Source of the DNA: a virus
Reading direction: 5' to 3' (one strand)
Virus record (IMG/VR): IMGVR_UViG_3300028840_002779
Length of the DNA stretch: 22,964 nt
Below, piece after piece: positions 21,867 to 22,964 of the stretch. Every line of letters begins with the position of its first letter. The first letter of the stretch is position 1. The notes beneath the pieces are model-generated. The model saw only the letters and a program-made list of their open reading frames with translations, was not told the origin of the DNA and did not search any database. The position numbers were made by a program, and so were the translations under genes.

Positions 21867-21872
21867 TTAGGC

Positions 21873-22964
21873 ATGGCCACATTTCTTCAACGGCTTGGCA
21901 ATCAGCACAAGGCCGAAGAGGACTATCGGAAAGCCCTCCAGGCTCGCCACGCTTTGGAGGATGCCTGGGCTTCCGCCGATCCTTATCAGCACGTTGGCCC
22001 GCTTGCTGCCGGCCTGGGGGCAGCGGCAAACGACCTCTACGCCTACTCTGCGGGCTCGACGCACACCGCACGGCCGGGCAGCCGGCAACATGGCGACCTG
22101 CCCCCGTTCTATCGCACGGAGTCCCAGCAGACCGAGATTATCGACGCAGCCCGGATCGTCGAGGCGTACTGCCCCACCGCAGTCAATGTGCTTGACGTTC
22201 TTACGCAGTTCGCCATCTTTACCGGGTTCACCTATACGGTCACGGAGCGAAAGAAGCCCGGGGACCGGCCAGAGATACCGGCGGCGCCCGATCCGTTGGA
22301 CCCGGACGCAGCGCCCGTACAGCGCCCGCCGGAGAACCCGCTAGTGGCGGAGGTGCAGGCGGCGCTCGACAAGTGGCTTCTGGACGTGGACTGGCAGTCT
22401 TGGGAGTCTGAGATATTCCGCCGGACCCGGCGCGACGGGGAGGCTTTCCTTGAATTCGTCGACGATGAATTTTCGGACCTGGGCGTTCGGCTGAAATCGA
22501 TCGAGCCGGAGCAAGTGAAGGAGCCGACGGAGAAAACGGCCACCCACGCCAGTGATCAGCACAGCTGGAAGTACGGGATTCTCACCGAAAAAGACGACAC
22601 CGCGACACCAATCGCTTATTGGGTCACATCTCAATACGCTGACAAACGCGGGCGGCAGGGCGAAGAGGTCGACGCCGATGACGTGTTCCACCTCAAGACG
22701 GAGTGGGTCGACCGGCAGGCGAAGCGGGGCGTTTCGGATTTCTTCAGCGTGATCAACGATTTGCCCGGGGTGAAGAAACTCCTGCGCAACCTCCGGGAAG
22801 GGGCCACTGTACAGGCGGCCATTGCGTGGATCAGGGAGCATCCCGAGGGCTCGATGCCATCCGCACTGGGTTCCACGCCGATCACGAATCGCCACGGGGA
22901 CAGTACGGTTGCGGCACGATACGATGGTGCCACGATCCTTTCGGTGCCTCAGGGCATGACGTAC
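21873..22964 (+). CDS. Portal protein, 5' part (runs off the window end and continues in phase at 1..696; whole product 547 aa)
   Basis: My own translation. The frame opens after TAG 21831-21833, the first ATG is 21873, and there is no stop to base 22964. Product: MATFLQRLGNQHKAEEDYRK...RRDGEAFLEF...WKYGILTEKDD...AIAWIREHPEGSMPSALG. It lies between the terminase gene and the protease/scaffold and capsid genes. It is absent from the supplied ORF track because there is no stop in the window. Confidence 0.8.
   Translation, partial: MATFLQRLGNQHKAEEDYRKALQARHALEDAWASADPYQHVGPLAAGLGAAANDLYAYSAGSTHTARPGSRQHGDLPPFYRTESQQTEIIDAARIVEAYCPTAVNVLDVLTQFAIFTGFTYTVTERKKPGDRPEIPAAPDPLDPDAAPVQRPPENPLVAEVQAALDKWLLDVDWQSWESEIFRRTRRDGEAFLEFVDDEFSDLGVRLKSIEPEQVKEPTEKTATHASDQHSWKYGILTEKDDTATPIAYWVTSQYADKRGRQGEEVDADDVFHLKTEWVDRQAKRGVSDFFSVINDLPGVKKLLRNLREGATVQAAIAWIREHPEGSMPSALGSTPITNRHGDSTVAARYDGATILSVPQGMTY
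22821..22964. repeat. Terminal direct repeat, right copy (identical to 1..144)
   Basis: Same comparison. Positions 22821 and 1 are both first codon positions of the portal frame. Confidence 0.97.

Noticed and set aside
21895-22344. + strand ORF 21895..22344 (149 aa, Arg/Ser/Pro-rich) and 22552..22752
   Set aside because: They are alternate frames inside the portal gene. The portal frame (open from 21873 to the window end) gives a normal globular sequence, whereas these give low-complexity RS/RP strings.

Overview
The window is a complete small tailed-phage (Caudoviricetes-type) genome of roughly 60% GC, judged from hand counts of a few lines. Bases 1-144 are identical to 22821-22964, so the unique length is 22,820 bp. 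A 547-aa portal gene runs across that junction; the ORF track misses its 5' part because there is no stop in the window. All credible genes (about 36) are on the + strand, and about 18 junctions are start/stop overlaps (ATGA, GTGA, TGATG, TAATG). The long minus-strand ORFs look like antisense shadows of high-GC coding sequence. Inferred layout: (i) a late unit from a TTGACA promoter-like site at 21837. It runs portal, protease/scaffold, a low-GC unknown ORF, major capsid, a papain-family peptidase trio, gpW-like and neck proteins, a LamG protein, tail proteins, a tail fibre with a His-rich collar domain, and a KTSC protein. It ends at two hairpins at 13567-13670. (ii) a 470-bp non-coding control region with four TTGACA/TGTCAA boxes and one extended -10 promoter. 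(iii) an early/middle unit: small ORFs, a 20-repeat pentapeptide protein, a replication organiser with internal iteron-like repeats, RecE-like nuclease, RecT, RusA and the large terminase, ending at a terminator at 20956-20991. (iv) a lower-GC ParB-like (DGQHR) gene isolated between that terminator and the late promoter. I found no integrase, repressor, DNA polymerase, tRNA, CRISPR array, canonical endolysin, small terminase or tape-measure gene. All family calls come from motif recall and synteny; no search was run.
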